Below, piece after piece: positions 1 through 10,235 of a stretch of DNA of 24,329 nt. Made by a program: the position numbers and the translations under genes. The first letter of the stretch is position 1. The number at the start of each line of letters is the position of its first letter. Source of the stretch: Vicugna vicugna (Eukaryota); NCBI GenBank assembly GCA_013265495.1, contig MU061553.1:74835-99163 (forward strand), read 5' to 3'. The notes below the pieces were generated by a model. The model was not told where the DNA came from. It saw only the letters and a list, made by a program, of their open reading frames with translations, and did not search any database.

Positions 1-29
1 CAAGGAAGTGAAACAATTTATCTAATCAA

Positions 30-142
30 TTGAAGCAGTGGTGTACCCACTTCCCAGGTCTGTTGTGGGGATCCAGTGTGATAACATGTGTACAGTGTGC
101 AGCGTGGTCCCCAGCGCAGAGTCAGTGCTTAGTGAGTGCCAG
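30..142 (+). mobile_element. MIR 3' fragment
   Basis: gtacccacttcccaggtctgttgtggggatccagtgtgataacatgtgtacagtg...cagtgcttagtgagtg. Confidence 0.6.
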
Positions 143-317
143 TGAGTACCTGGTAGGACAGGTGTGGGTGGTGGGACTCGGTGACTGAGGAAATCTGAGC
201 CCTGAAGGAGGGGTGCAGGCACATCTATGAGTGATGGGCCTGAGGTGGGAGAGGCAGGGAGACCTTGCCCCCCGACAAGGGGCCCTGGGCAGGACGGCTA
301 TTGGAGGAGCACCGTAA

Positions 318-455
318 AGTCAGCTCTGTGCAGGTGGAGTTGGAGGTGCCCTTGAGACATCTAAGTGCAATGTCACGAGCTCGCAGAGGAGGTCTGGACC
401 CGGGCTGTGCATTTTCCTATAATCTCGATCCCTGAGGATGCCGAGGTATTGATCC
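318..455 (-). mobile_element. LINE-2 fragment
   Basis: caggtggagttggaggtgcccttgagacatctaagtgcaatgtc...gagctcgcagaggaggtctggac resembles the antisense L2 body. Confidence 0.5.
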
Positions 456-989
456 CTGAACGTGAAGACGTACTTTACAGGACAAGTGAATAGTAGTATC
501 ATCTCTGTCATCAGAGCTCACGTCTCTTTATTCATCACTCACTTTGCTAATTGGGTACTTACAGAGCTCACTTCACCGTCCTCCCCTGGGCTCAGGCTCC
601 ACAGTAAAGAGCTGGTGAGCCTCCCTCTTTTCCAGAAGAAGACACATTTATCTGGTAGCCTTCTATACCTCGCCAGACTTAGAATTTTAGTTTGTTGTTT
701 TAATTCTATTTTCTGTTGGCCATCTCCTGACAGGAGAGAAGTTTTACCTCATGGTCATGTTTCAATTAGCTGTTACTGAGAATTGCTGATCTGACCCATA
801 GTGTATGTATTCTATTAACTTTGTAGAGTTCTTATCATTTTTCTGTCTTTGCCCTTTAATTCTGTTTGCCCCTTCAAGATTCTATCCTATTTGGGGCCTT
901 TATTTTTTTTAATTAAAAAAGTCTGTTAGCAGTTAAGAAAACAAAAGAAAAGAAAAAATGTACAGGATGCCTAAATTTAGAAAATACCT

Positions 990-1640
990 AGTGTGTTTTC
1001 TGTCTCGGCAATTGAGGGTTCTAGAAACTCGTGAAAACCTTCACTACACAAGTTCCTAAAAATGCTGATTAAGAAGTAAAACCTTCCTTCCTCATCTTTC
1101 AAGCTGCAAAGTTAATTGTCAAGAAAGTGAGGGGAACTCCTCAGAAGCCAAGACAAACCAGAAAGCAGGGATTCTGGGAGGTAAGGGAGCCTTAGAAGCC
1201 CTGGGGGGCCGGTTGGCTCCTGAGCTGAATTTCAGTTGCCCTGACAGGAGGGCAGGAGGTGAGCCCCAGGCCTCTCACACTGGGAGTTGGATGGCTGATC
1301 CTATGTAAGGCCAAGCACATCCTGAGAAGCCTGCTTTACTAAAGGGTGAATTAGAAAAAAAGAGAAAAACAAAACATTCCTCAAGGCAAGAAAGAAAGGA
1401 AAGTGAATTTTGTTGGAAGAGGGGAAAAATAACAAATCCAAAATAAGGATATAGTTTAAAGCTGTTCTGGCATGAGAGTGACCACAAACTCCTGGCAGAA
1501 AATCACAGCTCCTCCCGGAATGAGAAGTTGTGTTTTGAATGAATCAGTGGACAGCCATTCCGAAAAAGGCCTCCAGAGTCTTCTGGATCAAGATACTGGA
1601 CCCAAACACCTCTCTTCCAAGGTCTCATTTAAATAACCAG
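990..1640 (+). mobile_element. Possible ancient L1ME/HAL1 5'-region fragment
   Basis: A-rich purine bias, with ttttctgtctcggcaa...aaccttcactacacaagttcctaaaaatgctgattaagaagtaaaacc resembling old L1/HAL1 5' ends. Weak. Confidence 0.35.
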
Positions 1641-2726
1641 AAAGGTTTTAAAGGATAGAAGCCATAATCATAGTTCTATTTATTGTCATTACTATTTGCT
1701 AGGAATTCAGAGGTGACTATGGAGTTGTCTCCTCTTTTATGGACCTTACTTTCTGTTTGACATAGTTGGGGAGCTGGGTAGAGGGAGGTGTTAGTCTGTT
1801 GCAATTAGCCAGGAGAGGAGATTAAGAAAGCAGTGAAGGGTGGGTGACATTTTTTGCTGAGGACAGTCCTGTTCAGTTGGCTTTTAATTGCAGGCTCGAT
1901 GAGTTGTCACTGGAGAAAATTGATCTTACGGAAGATGGACTTAACTCAGGCCTCTTCAGAATGGACAAGTGAACCTGGAAAAAGACAGTCAAATCTGTGC
2001 AGACATTAAAGTCCACGTGAACGTGCTGTATCCCTGAGCCAAAGATAGGGCAAGTAGGCAGCCCTTCTTGAGGACAGAGGAGTGTTTTTTAAGGTTCTCC
2101 AAGAATGAATCCCAGGGAACCGAGATGGCCAGTTGTCAAACTATGACTTTGCTCTTTGGACGGTGTACCCACCAAGGGTATTGGCCGTTTATAAGTTTTC
2201 ATTTCTCTTTAATACATGTCAGGTGATGATGACGTGGGCACAAGCGTTTGACACCTTGTCGAGGTGACTTTGGGTACCTGCCTAGAAGCGCGTGCACAGC
2301 TGCGGCTGCGTCATACATCTTGCCGCCCATCCCGTTCCCCGGCTCCGTGATCACGGCAGAGTGGCTCCTTGTTGACCTGCCCGTCTTCTCTGTGACATTG
2401 TAACCCAAAAAAAGACTGGAGCGTAATAGCTTGGCTTTGTTCTTGTCCATCCTTCTCTTCGAATTATGATAACTGATAGTGGACCCAGTTATGTTAGCAG
2501 AAGTTCTACAAGTAGGGCTCTCAGTACAAACCTTGTAATCCCCGCTTTGTGATCTAGAGAAGCAAGTTACATTCTTCCCAAATTGTTTTGATGCACTTAT
2601 GTGGGAAATTGGTGTAAGTTTGAATATGTATTTCCTCTCTGAATCATCATGGCTAGAGATGAATGTGGGTAGACATGGAATGTGTTTTCTGTGTTTGAAC
2701 TCTATGGTCCCCTAAATTCTCCCCAG

Positions 2727-2801
2727 CTTTTTAAAGTCATCACTGGAGTGCTACCTCCAGAGTGTCCCAAAGCATCCACCACTGCCTCTTCTTCAGACAC
2801 T
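2727..2801 (+). other. Candidate 75-bp internal exon (open in phase 0/0: LFKVITGVLPPECPKASTTASSSDT)
   Basis: Branch-like ccctaaa plus ttctccccag acceptor, and GTGAGT donor at 2802. Length is a multiple of 3. No homologue recognised. Confidence 0.35.
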
Positions 2802-2969
2802 GTGAGTTTCCAAGTTGGAGAAGGCTGCTGGCTGGTGAGGCATTCTCTGGCACATCTCTGGCTGGCTGATGTGGGCTTAGCACCCAAGACTTGGCAGACA
2901 GTAACTAACCACGATCACGTCCATTTCTGGAACACTCATGGAGGATCTTAGACCTATGCTAGTGGCATA

Positions 2970-3095
2970 CGTTATTTCATATAGTTTTCCCAAGAATCAT
3001 AATTAGATTTTATCCCCTGTATTAATAAGGAAACTGTCAAAGCGAGTGACGTGCAGACTTTGGACTGGAACACGGGTCTTCCTGATCCCTGTCTC
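2970..3095 (-). mobile_element. MIR fragment
   Basis: ttttatcccctgtattaataaggaaactg...ggactggaacacgggtcttcctgatccc. Confidence 0.55.
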
Positions 3096-3589
3096 TGTTC
3101 CCTCCCCGGCCTATCCTTCCAGATGGCCAGGAGACTCTTCCTCTGTCTTGAGTTTCCTGCTGATGTTACCACTCTCTTTGTTTCTAGGAGAGGAAAACAA
3201 GTCTAAACTTACTTTCCAGTTGGAAATGGAATGGAGAGTTAACGTTGGAAGCCGGGAGAGTCTGTCCTGTGATGAAGTGGTCTCCGAGCCACTTCCACTG
3301 GGACGTCACGTCACTGTCTGGGCCCCTTGCTCAGCCTGTGCACAGGTGACAGCGCAGATGTGCCGAGCAGTCCTCCCGGACAGGGCAGTGGGTTGGAAAT
3401 GAGTTTGGGGATTTGGTTTCATTTCATAGGTTCCTGAGGGTCTTGGCCTGGCACTTCGAGTGGGACCATTCCCTGTCCCACAGGCTTGTGCTCTGGGCCC
3501 GTGCAGACCTGACGTGGCCTCAGCCTGAGGCTCAGGACCCGTGGTGAAGCGGAGCATCTTAGTCCAGGGTCTGCTGGAGGCTCTGACAC

Positions 3590-3745
3590 TTGTGGGCCGC
3601 GGGACTTTGTCCAGGATGATAATAATTCCTCCCCGAGTTTCAGGTGTCCTTGCCTGTGAGCCGGGGTAGTAATCGTTTCTGAGATGATTGTAATGATTCA
3701 GTAAGGGGCGCAGCGTGTGCTGGCAGGTAGCTGCTGCTTAAGGAG
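3590..3745 (+). mobile_element. MIR fragment
   Basis: cctccccgagtttcaggtgtccttgcctgtgagccggggtagtaat...gattgtaatgattcagtaa...cagcgtgtgctggcaggtag. Confidence 0.5.
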
Positions 3746-4177
3746 CAGAAGTCGCAGTCACTCTGTCAGCCTCTCACTGTGTGCTCTGTGCTTTGAGAAG
3801 TTGTGTGTTTGGTGAAAGTCCCGCCCAAAGCCTAGGGTCTAGATGAACTGTTGTTCCTTTAGTTTCCCTTCCTTTTGCTCCTTCCCTTCTCTGCGTCTCA
3901 TGTGTAGGTAGCAGATTCCTCTGTTTCAGGGAATACATGTCTTTCTAGTAAAAGGACAGGCTGAACGCGGAGAGGTGGGGCCCGGAGGGGGTCTGGAGCG
4001 TCTGCACAGCGCTGCTTCCCTGCGTTTCTGCATCCGGTCCTGTCAGTGTACAAAGTCAGCCTTCCTCTTCCTTCCTGTGTCATCGGGTCTCTGTTTTATG
4101 GGAAAACCTTTTTTACGTGTCTTTTTTCACTTACATGTTTCGTTCAGATGCTTGTTGCTTTTCTCCCTGTGCTTCAG

Positions 4178-4391
4178 CGTTCCGAGGAGAGAATTCAGAA
4201 GTGCAGCATCCTCTCTGAGCTCTATGAGTTGATCGGCTTCCAATGCAATTCCGCCTTCTTCAAGCGGGTGGCCCCCGTGCAGCGCGTGGCCCCCGGCATC
4301 CCGGAGCCTGGCTGGAAGGCCTGCTACCGACTCCTCCTACAGACGCTTCCTGGTTACAGTCTGTCGCTGGACCTGCAGGACTTCAGCAAAG
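4178..4391 (+). pseudogene. TRAPPC9: Isolated TRAPPC9 (NIBP)-derived exon; diverged paralogous copy with an open frame (pseudogene or TRAPPC9-like fragment)
   Basis: Translates [71 protein letters not shown](G). This aligns by eye to the recalled TRAPPC9 segment [73 protein letters not shown]. Acceptor ttttctccctgtgcttcag ends at 4177 (phase 0); donor GT is at 4392 (phase 1). Neighbouring TRAPPC9 exons were not seen in the sequenced part of the window. Confidence 0.9.
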
Positions 4392-4487
4392 GTGTTGGAA
4401 CTAAAACATTGCTTCAGTCCCATTAACCACGCCTGGTTTGGGCCCTACTGTCCTGTCTCATCAGGGTGAATTCTGATTCGTGTAGAA

Positions 4488-4683
4488 CAGGGCTCAGCAG
4501 ACTTTTTTCTGTCAAGGGCTTGGGAGTGAATATTTCAGGGTCTGCAAGCCTCCTGATCTCTGGTGCAGCTGCTCAGCTCTGCTGTTCAGACGCCAGAGCA
4601 GCCGGACAATCCACACACCCACAAAGCTTTATTAACAGCGGTGGCTGGGGCTGGATTGGGGGTGTGAACTGCAGTTTGTCCCC
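4488..4683 (+). mobile_element. MER58A-like hAT-Charlie MITE
   Basis: cagggctcagcagacttttttctgtcaagggc...gtgaatatttcagg...gctgctcagctctgctgtt...aaagctttatt...gcagtttgtcccc follows the recalled MER58A consensus. Confidence 0.75.
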
Positions 4684-5235
4684 ACAGCCTCCTCACTATT
4701 GACGCCTGCACCAGAGCGTGCACTTGCGACAATGGGTGAACCTACACTGACACGTCATCATCACCCAGATCCCATGCCTGACACTAGGGTTTACACTTGG
4801 TGGTGTGCACTCTGTGGGTTTGGACAGATGTACAATGACATGTATCCACCGTCACAGCATCATACAGAGTAGTCTGTCTCAGTGACCCTAAAAATGCTCC
4901 ATGCTGCACCTCATTCATTGCTCCATCCCCTCTAGCCTCTGACAGCCACTGATCTTTTAGTCTCTGTGCTTTTGCCTTTCCCAGAACACCATACAGTTGG
5001 AATCAGACAGTTGCAGAACCTTCCCAGATTGGCTTCTTTCACTTAATAATATGTATTTAAGGTTCCTCCATGTCTTTCCATGCCTTGATAACTCATTCCA
5101 TTTTAACACCAAATGTGGACATAACATTTTGTCGAGTAAACACCAAGGGGCACAGTTGCCGGATCATATGGTAGGAGTACGTTTAGTTTTGTAAAAAATT
5201 GCCAGACCGTCTTCCAAAGTATCTGGGCCATTTAA
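4684..5235 (-). mobile_element. L1MC1/2-like LINE-1 3' region, antisense
   Basis: gaacctacactgacacgtcatcatcaccca...tgtgggtttggacagatgtacaatgacatgtatccacc...gattggcttctttcacttaataatatgtatttaaggttcctccatgtc...ggatcatatggtaggagt...tgccagaccgtcttccaaagt. Confidence 0.85.
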
Positions 5236-5242
5236 TTTAACA

Positions 5243-6116
5243 NNNNNNNNNNNNNNNNNNNNNNNNNNNNNNNNNNNNNNNNNNNNNNNNNNNNNNNNNN
5301 NNNNNNNNNNNNNNNNNNNNNNNNNNNNNNNNNNNNNNNNNNNNNNNNNNNNNNNNNNNNNNNNNNNNNNNNNNNNNNNNNNNNNNNNNNNNNNNNNNNN
5401 NNNNNNNNNNNNNNNNNNNNNNNNNNNNNNNNNNNNNNNNNNNNNNNNNNNNNNNNNNNNNNNNNNNNNNNNNNNNNNNNNNNNNNNNNNNNNNNNNNNN
5501 NNNNNNNNNNNNNNNNNNNNNNNNNNNNNNNNNNNNNNNNNNNNNNNNNNNNNNNNNNNNNNNNNNNNNNNNNNNNNNNNNNNNNNNNNNNNNNNNNNNN
5601 NNNNNNNNNNNNNNNNNNNNNNNNNNNNNNNNNNNNNNNNNNNNNNNNNNNNNNNNNNNNNNNNNNNNNNNNNNNNNNNNNNNNNNNNNNNNNNNNNNNN
5701 NNNNNNNNNNNNNNNNNNNNNNNNNNNNNNNNNNNNNNNNNNNNNNNNNNNNNNNNNNNNNNNNNNNNNNNNNNNNNNNNNNNNNNNNNNNNNNNNNNNN
5801 NNNNNNNNNNNNNNNNNNNNNNNNNNNNNNNNNNNNNNNNNNNNNNNNNNNNNNNNNNNNNNNNNNNNNNNNNNNNNNNNNNNNNNNNNNNNNNNNNNNN
5901 NNNNNNNNNNNNNNNNNNNNNNNNNNNNNNNNNNNNNNNNNNNNNNNNNNNNNNNNNNNNNNNNNNNNNNNNNNNNNNNNNNNNNNNNNNNNNNNNNNNN
6001 NNNNNNNNNNNNNNNNNNNNNNNNNNNNNNNNNNNNNNNNNNNNNNNNNNNNNNNNNNNNNNNNNNNNNNNNNNNNNNNNNNNNNNNNNNNNNNNNNNNN
6101 NNNNNNNNNNNNNNNN
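5243..6116. other. Assembly gap (874 N)
   Basis: Run of N. Confidence 1.
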
Positions 6117-6413
6117 TAAAAATGATAACTATCAGCTGGCTTTATTTTCACTAAGACATAAAAGTTACTTTAAACCCTATCTCAGCTGCTGTTCTGTTGT
6201 TTTAAACACTTCTCATAGAATTAAATGGAAGCCCACTAAACCCTGAAAGGGAAATTGTGTTCTCAGGATCTGAAAAGTGTTTATGTCTATTTCTTGAGAT
6301 GCACCTTTTCCCTGCTGGTTACAGAAAGTCGAGGCGGGAACACAGCCATGCGCTGTGTGTGTCTGCCGGCTTCACGGGCTGCTCACAGTCATTTTCATTT
6401 TCTTGTGTTGCAG

Positions 6414-6547
6414 TGTATGAAGGTTTTCCATCAGACCGTTTGTTCAGCCCTTTCCTGAATGAGGGATTGAATTTTCCACAGGAAATCTTATGAAAGAGAG
6501 TGACAAGGCACATGGGTTTCCCAAAAAGCAATAGTTGATGTAATAAA
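6414..6547 (+). other. Candidate terminal exon (VYEGFPSDRLFSPFLNEGLNFPQEIL*, stop 6491-6493) with poly(A) signal
   Basis: Strong acceptor cattttcattttcttgtgttgcag ends at 6413. The frame entered from the phase-1 TRAPPC9-like donor is open for 26 codons. AATAAA at 6542-6547 and again at 6628-6633. Confidence 0.4.
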
Positions 6548-7148
6548 CTCTCACACTGGTGAACTTTTTGAATACAAACGGGTTGAAAATTTTATCACTA
6601 GGTCATATGCCACAAATCTGTCTTAAGAATAAAAAGATTCAGGTTTTATAGAAGAAGCAGTTTGAATCAAGTAGAAATTATAATTTGTACACTATTTGGT
6701 GTTAGAACCTATAATCAGTCTTATCATAATTGCCTGTGGTAGGAACTGGATCATTATTTATTTATTTAAAAAAAATCCACTAGGTGCTATTTGCCCCATT
6801 CTTGATGCGGCAGTGCTGAGGTTAGTTAAGTTGGGCCATTTAGAATTCTTTGCTACGTTTTCGGGACATTGATTTCAGCCTCTTTATCTTTTTTAGAATC
6901 TCTTATTTTGTGTCTGCCTTTGGTCTTTTGACAACGTGGAAACACTGCAGGGATCTGTCTGTCCCTTTTTTCCTGTCTTTGTGGGAAAAGATTTCTATAA
7001 GGCAGACTATTAGGACATTAAGGATTTTATGTGGGGTAAGTTTGGTCAGCTCTAAGGGTTATAATTAATATGTATTAATACTTGCTATTCAGCTAATGTT
7101 AGTAAAATTATAAAATAACTTAAGTATACATCAATAAGTATAGTACAA

Positions 7149-7959
7149 ATGTTCAATATCACTAATTATCAGAGAAATGCAAATCAAAACTACAATGAGG
7201 TATCACCTCACACCAGTCAGAATGGCCGTCATTCAAATCAAAAATCCTGACAAATGCTGGAGAGGCTGTGGAGAAAGGGGAACCCTCCTACACTGCTGGT
7301 GGGAATGCAGGTTGGTGCAGCCACTGTGGAAACCAGTGTGGAGTTTCCTCAGAAGGCTAGGAATAGACTTACCATATGACCCAGGAATCCCACTCCTGGG
7401 CTTGTATCCAGAAGGAAATCTACTTCAGGATGACACCTGCACCCCAATGTTCATAGCAGCACTATTTACAATAGCCAAAACATGGAAACAGCCTAAATGT
7501 CCATCAATAGGTGACTGGATAAAGAAGATGTGGTTTATTTATACAATGGAATACTACTCAGCCATAAAAACCGACAACATAACGCCATTTGCAGCAACAT
7601 GGATGCTCCTAGAGAATGTCATTCTAAGTGAAGTAAGCCAGAAAGAGAAAGAAAAATACCATATGAGATCACTCCTATGTGGAATCTAAAGACTCATGGA
7701 CAGAGAATACAGACTTGTGGTTACCAGGGGGGTAGAGGGTGGGAAGGGATAGATTGGGATTTCAAAATTGTAGAATAGATAAACAAGATTACACTGTATA
7801 GCACAGGGAAATATACACAAAATGTTATGATAAATCACAGAGAAAAAAATGTGACAATGAGTGTGTATATGTCCATGAATGACTGAAAAATTGTGCTGAA
7901 CACTGGAATTTGACACAACATTGTAAAATGATTATAAATCAATAAAAAATGTTAAAAAA
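7149..7959 (+). mobile_element. Young 5'-truncated LINE-1 (ORF2 C-terminus, 3' UTR and A-rich tail), camelid-type, with 16-bp target-site duplication
   Basis: Uninterrupted ORF 7177-7689 [16 protein letters not shown]...[18 protein letters not shown]...[10 protein letters not shown] (L1 ORF2 CCHC domain). Tail aataaaaaatgttaaaaaaa. TSD AATAAGTATAGTACAA at 7133-7148 and 7960-7975. Confidence 0.97.
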
Positions 7960-7975
7960 AATAAGTATAGTACAA

Positions 7976-8145
7976 TAAGCCCGTCACCCAGATTAAGGAA
8001 TACACAAACTTCCATATTTCCTTTATTCAGACCTTTGTTCTTTGCCTTGTCCTTTGTTGAAGTATTTGACAGCAAATCCCAGGAAGACATGTCATTTTAT
8101 CCTATGTACTCAAGTAGGCATGTCTGAAAAATGAGGGTCTTTCCT
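7976..8145 (-). mobile_element. Ancient L1MC4/5-like 3' fragment, interrupted by the young L1
   Basis: cccgtcacccag ... gaagtatttgacagcaaatcccagga...catgtcattttatcctatgtactcaagt...aaaaatgaggg resembles the antisense L1MC4/5 3' consensus as recalled. Confidence 0.5.
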
Positions 8146-8157
8146 TTGATCAGGTTT

Positions 8158-8425
8158 TTCCATTTGACCCATGTGCTCGTTAAGTACCAGCTGTATCAGG
8201 CTTCTCACTAGGCATTAGGGATCCTTGGGGCAATGAGACAGTCCTGGCCCCAAGGAAGTTAAGGGCTGATGGAAGAAACCAACACAGGAGCTTAGGTGCC
8301 TCACCGAAGGTCCCTGCGGGATGACACCAATTGGACAAAATTTGTGCACAATACAGTGGGATTCACAGAAGGGACTGGTCTGACTTGTAGGGCAGGCAGT
8401 GAGAGAGGCGGTCAGCAAGGCTACA
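8158..8425 (-). mobile_element. LINE-2 3' fragment
   Basis: catttgaccc...taagtaccagctgtatcaggc...ctaggcattagggat...gagacagtcctggccccaaggaagtt matches the antisense L2 3'-end pattern. Confidence 0.6.
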
Positions 8426-8611
8426 ATAGGAGGATTCGTTTGATCAGAGTCGGAAATCCTTTCCGCCAACCTTCCTACCAAGCCCCCAGGGCCCATCACG
8501 CACAACCCTGTGCTGTAACTGTTTTTGATTCCTGTTACCACATCTCCTTCAGGAAGGATTTTTAAGGTGGAAAATATTTAAAATCAGTAATTGTTGCCAG
8601 AAGGGACATAG

Positions 8612-8857
8612 AACAAGAAACGTGGAAACAACACAAATGTCCATCAGCACATGACTGGATAAAGACGAGGTGATACATATCTACAATGGAATACTACTCA
8701 GCCATAAAAGATGCCATTAGCAGCAACATGGATGGACCTGAAGACTGTCATTCTACGTGAAGTGGGGTGGAAAGAGAAAGAAAAATGCCATATGACTTCA
8801 TTTATGAGGAATCTAAAATTAATAGCAATAATAATAAGACCACCAGTGAACTAATTA
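8612..8857 (+). mobile_element. Older degraded LINE-1 fragment (ORF2 end and start of 3' UTR)
   Basis: tggaaacaacacaaatgtccatcagca...tacaatggaatactactcagccataaaa...gcagcaacatggatggacctg...ggaatctaaaa; homologous to about 7475-7690 but with indels. Confidence 0.9.
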
Positions 8858-9329
8858 TTATTTTGATTTCTTGAATATGTGTAAGCACATCTGACTGTCC
8901 TTTGTGATTGGATTACCATATTCTGTTTATTATTCTTTTGTAGTTGGCTTTATTCCTCTGGTAACTATGTAAGTTTAAAAATCTAAAGCTATAATCTGTT
9001 CTTAGAAACAATAATTAGTACATATATGTTAACTAAAAAGTTGCAGTGTACTCTATACATGTATTTACATGCTATATGTGTATGTGGAGTTGAACTGTAA
9101 TAATTCTACCTAATAATACTGAAAAAGGAAAAAAATAATTTATTAAAAAAAACCCTCTTTAAATATTAAAACGTTCAGGTCTGAGATTCTGTGAAAGATA
9201 ACATGGAAGAAGGTTTTTAAGTTTTTCTCCTTGCGCCTCAGTGAGCAGCCTGGGCTGCAGAGCTTGGCCGCCACAGGCACCCAGAACTTGCCGGCTTGCT
9301 CCTCACTTCTTGGGAGGAAGGTTAGCTGC

Positions 9330-9655
9330 TTCAGGAATATTTATGCTCTTAGAAGTTGCTGAAAACTCCACAGAGCTCCTGTTTACATAGAGTGTATCTG
9401 TCAATATGCCCCATTTTAGAAATTAGAGCAGAAAATTTTAAACCCAAGAACTGACAAGCACACGCTGTCCCAGCACGTGGTCAAAGCAGTGCTGCCACGC
9501 TGGCTTGTGTTGGTTCTAGAAAAAATGCACCATACACTCAAGAATCAGGGCAAACCCACAGATCTCATCTCAGCAATGCTATGAAGAGGTGGGACCCAAA
9601 GCCCCTAAAACAGTGCTGAAGTCCCCAGATGTCCCAGAACACACAGAGCCATGGG
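9330..9655 (-). mobile_element. Degraded hAT-Charlie family non-autonomous DNA transposon
   Basis: tttatgctcttagaagttgctgaaaactccacagagctcctgtttacatagagtgtatctgtcaatat...ttagaaattagagcagaaaattttaaa...gtccccagatgtcccagaacacac resembles a Charlie1-type MITE; the exact family is uncertain. Confidence 0.6.
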
Positions 9656-10132
9656 ACCAAGAATCCAGTGTCTCGTGGATCATCAGCCGAGGAGACCACG
9701 TCCTGGGTCAGGAGAAGCAAAAGTAGGGATACCAGGCACACAGTCCTATTGACAGCAAAGCTTTAAAGGTGTTGAATTGACTAAAAGTTTGGCAAAATTT
9801 GCATTGAGAATACTACATTTCCTCTCCTGGAGACGTTAGAAGGATAACACTGATTAACAGAGGATGATTGTAATGGATTAATTATGATACTGATGACGTG
9901 GGCTGCTCACACTAACCCTGCACTCGGTGTAGAATAAGCCTTTTATGTACACACTTCATTAGGTCTCCACACCCTTGCAAGGTGGCATTAAGCACTCATA
10001 CAACTAAACCAGCAATTCAATGACAAAGGCCAAAATCATATATATTTGGAAAAGAAAGCAAATGAAACTCTGAAGAACAATAAACCAAAAGGGCAGAAGG
10101 AATGGACATTTTATTGAAGAAAGCAAAGCAAT

Positions 10133-10235
10133 NNNNNNNNNNNNNNNNNNNNNNNNNNNNNNNNNNNNNNNNNNNNNNNNNNNNNNNNNNNNNNNNNNNN
10201 NNNNNNNNNNNNNNNNNNNNNNNNNNNNNNNNNNN
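10133..10235. other. Assembly gap (103 N)
   Basis: Run of N. Confidence 1.

Noticed and set aside
1894..1968. Exon candidate LDELSLEKIDLTEDGLNSGLFRMD
   Set aside because: Acceptor is plausible, but the donor (GTGAAC) is weak, the phase does not join the downstream candidates in frame, and no homologue was recognised.
2220..2280. Possible C/D snoRNA (GTGATGA box C with caggt/acctg terminal stem)
   Set aside because: No CTGA box D next to the 3' stem.
3239..3257. CENP-B box-like sequence ttaacgttggaagccggga
   Set aside because: Lacks the required TTCG and correct spacing; isolated and far from the satellite.
4046..4426. 126-aa ORF as a complete single-exon gene
   Set aside because: TRAPPC9 similarity is confined to the splice-site-bounded 4178-4391; the rest is intron read-through.
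5237..6151. 304-aa ORF, and similarly the ORFs across 10004-10365
   Set aside because: Artefacts of translating through N gaps.
7177..7689. 170-aa ORF as a host gene or active retrotransposon
   Set aside because: It is only the C-terminal end of L1 ORF2 in a 5'-truncated copy with no promoter, ORF1, endonuclease or reverse transcriptase.
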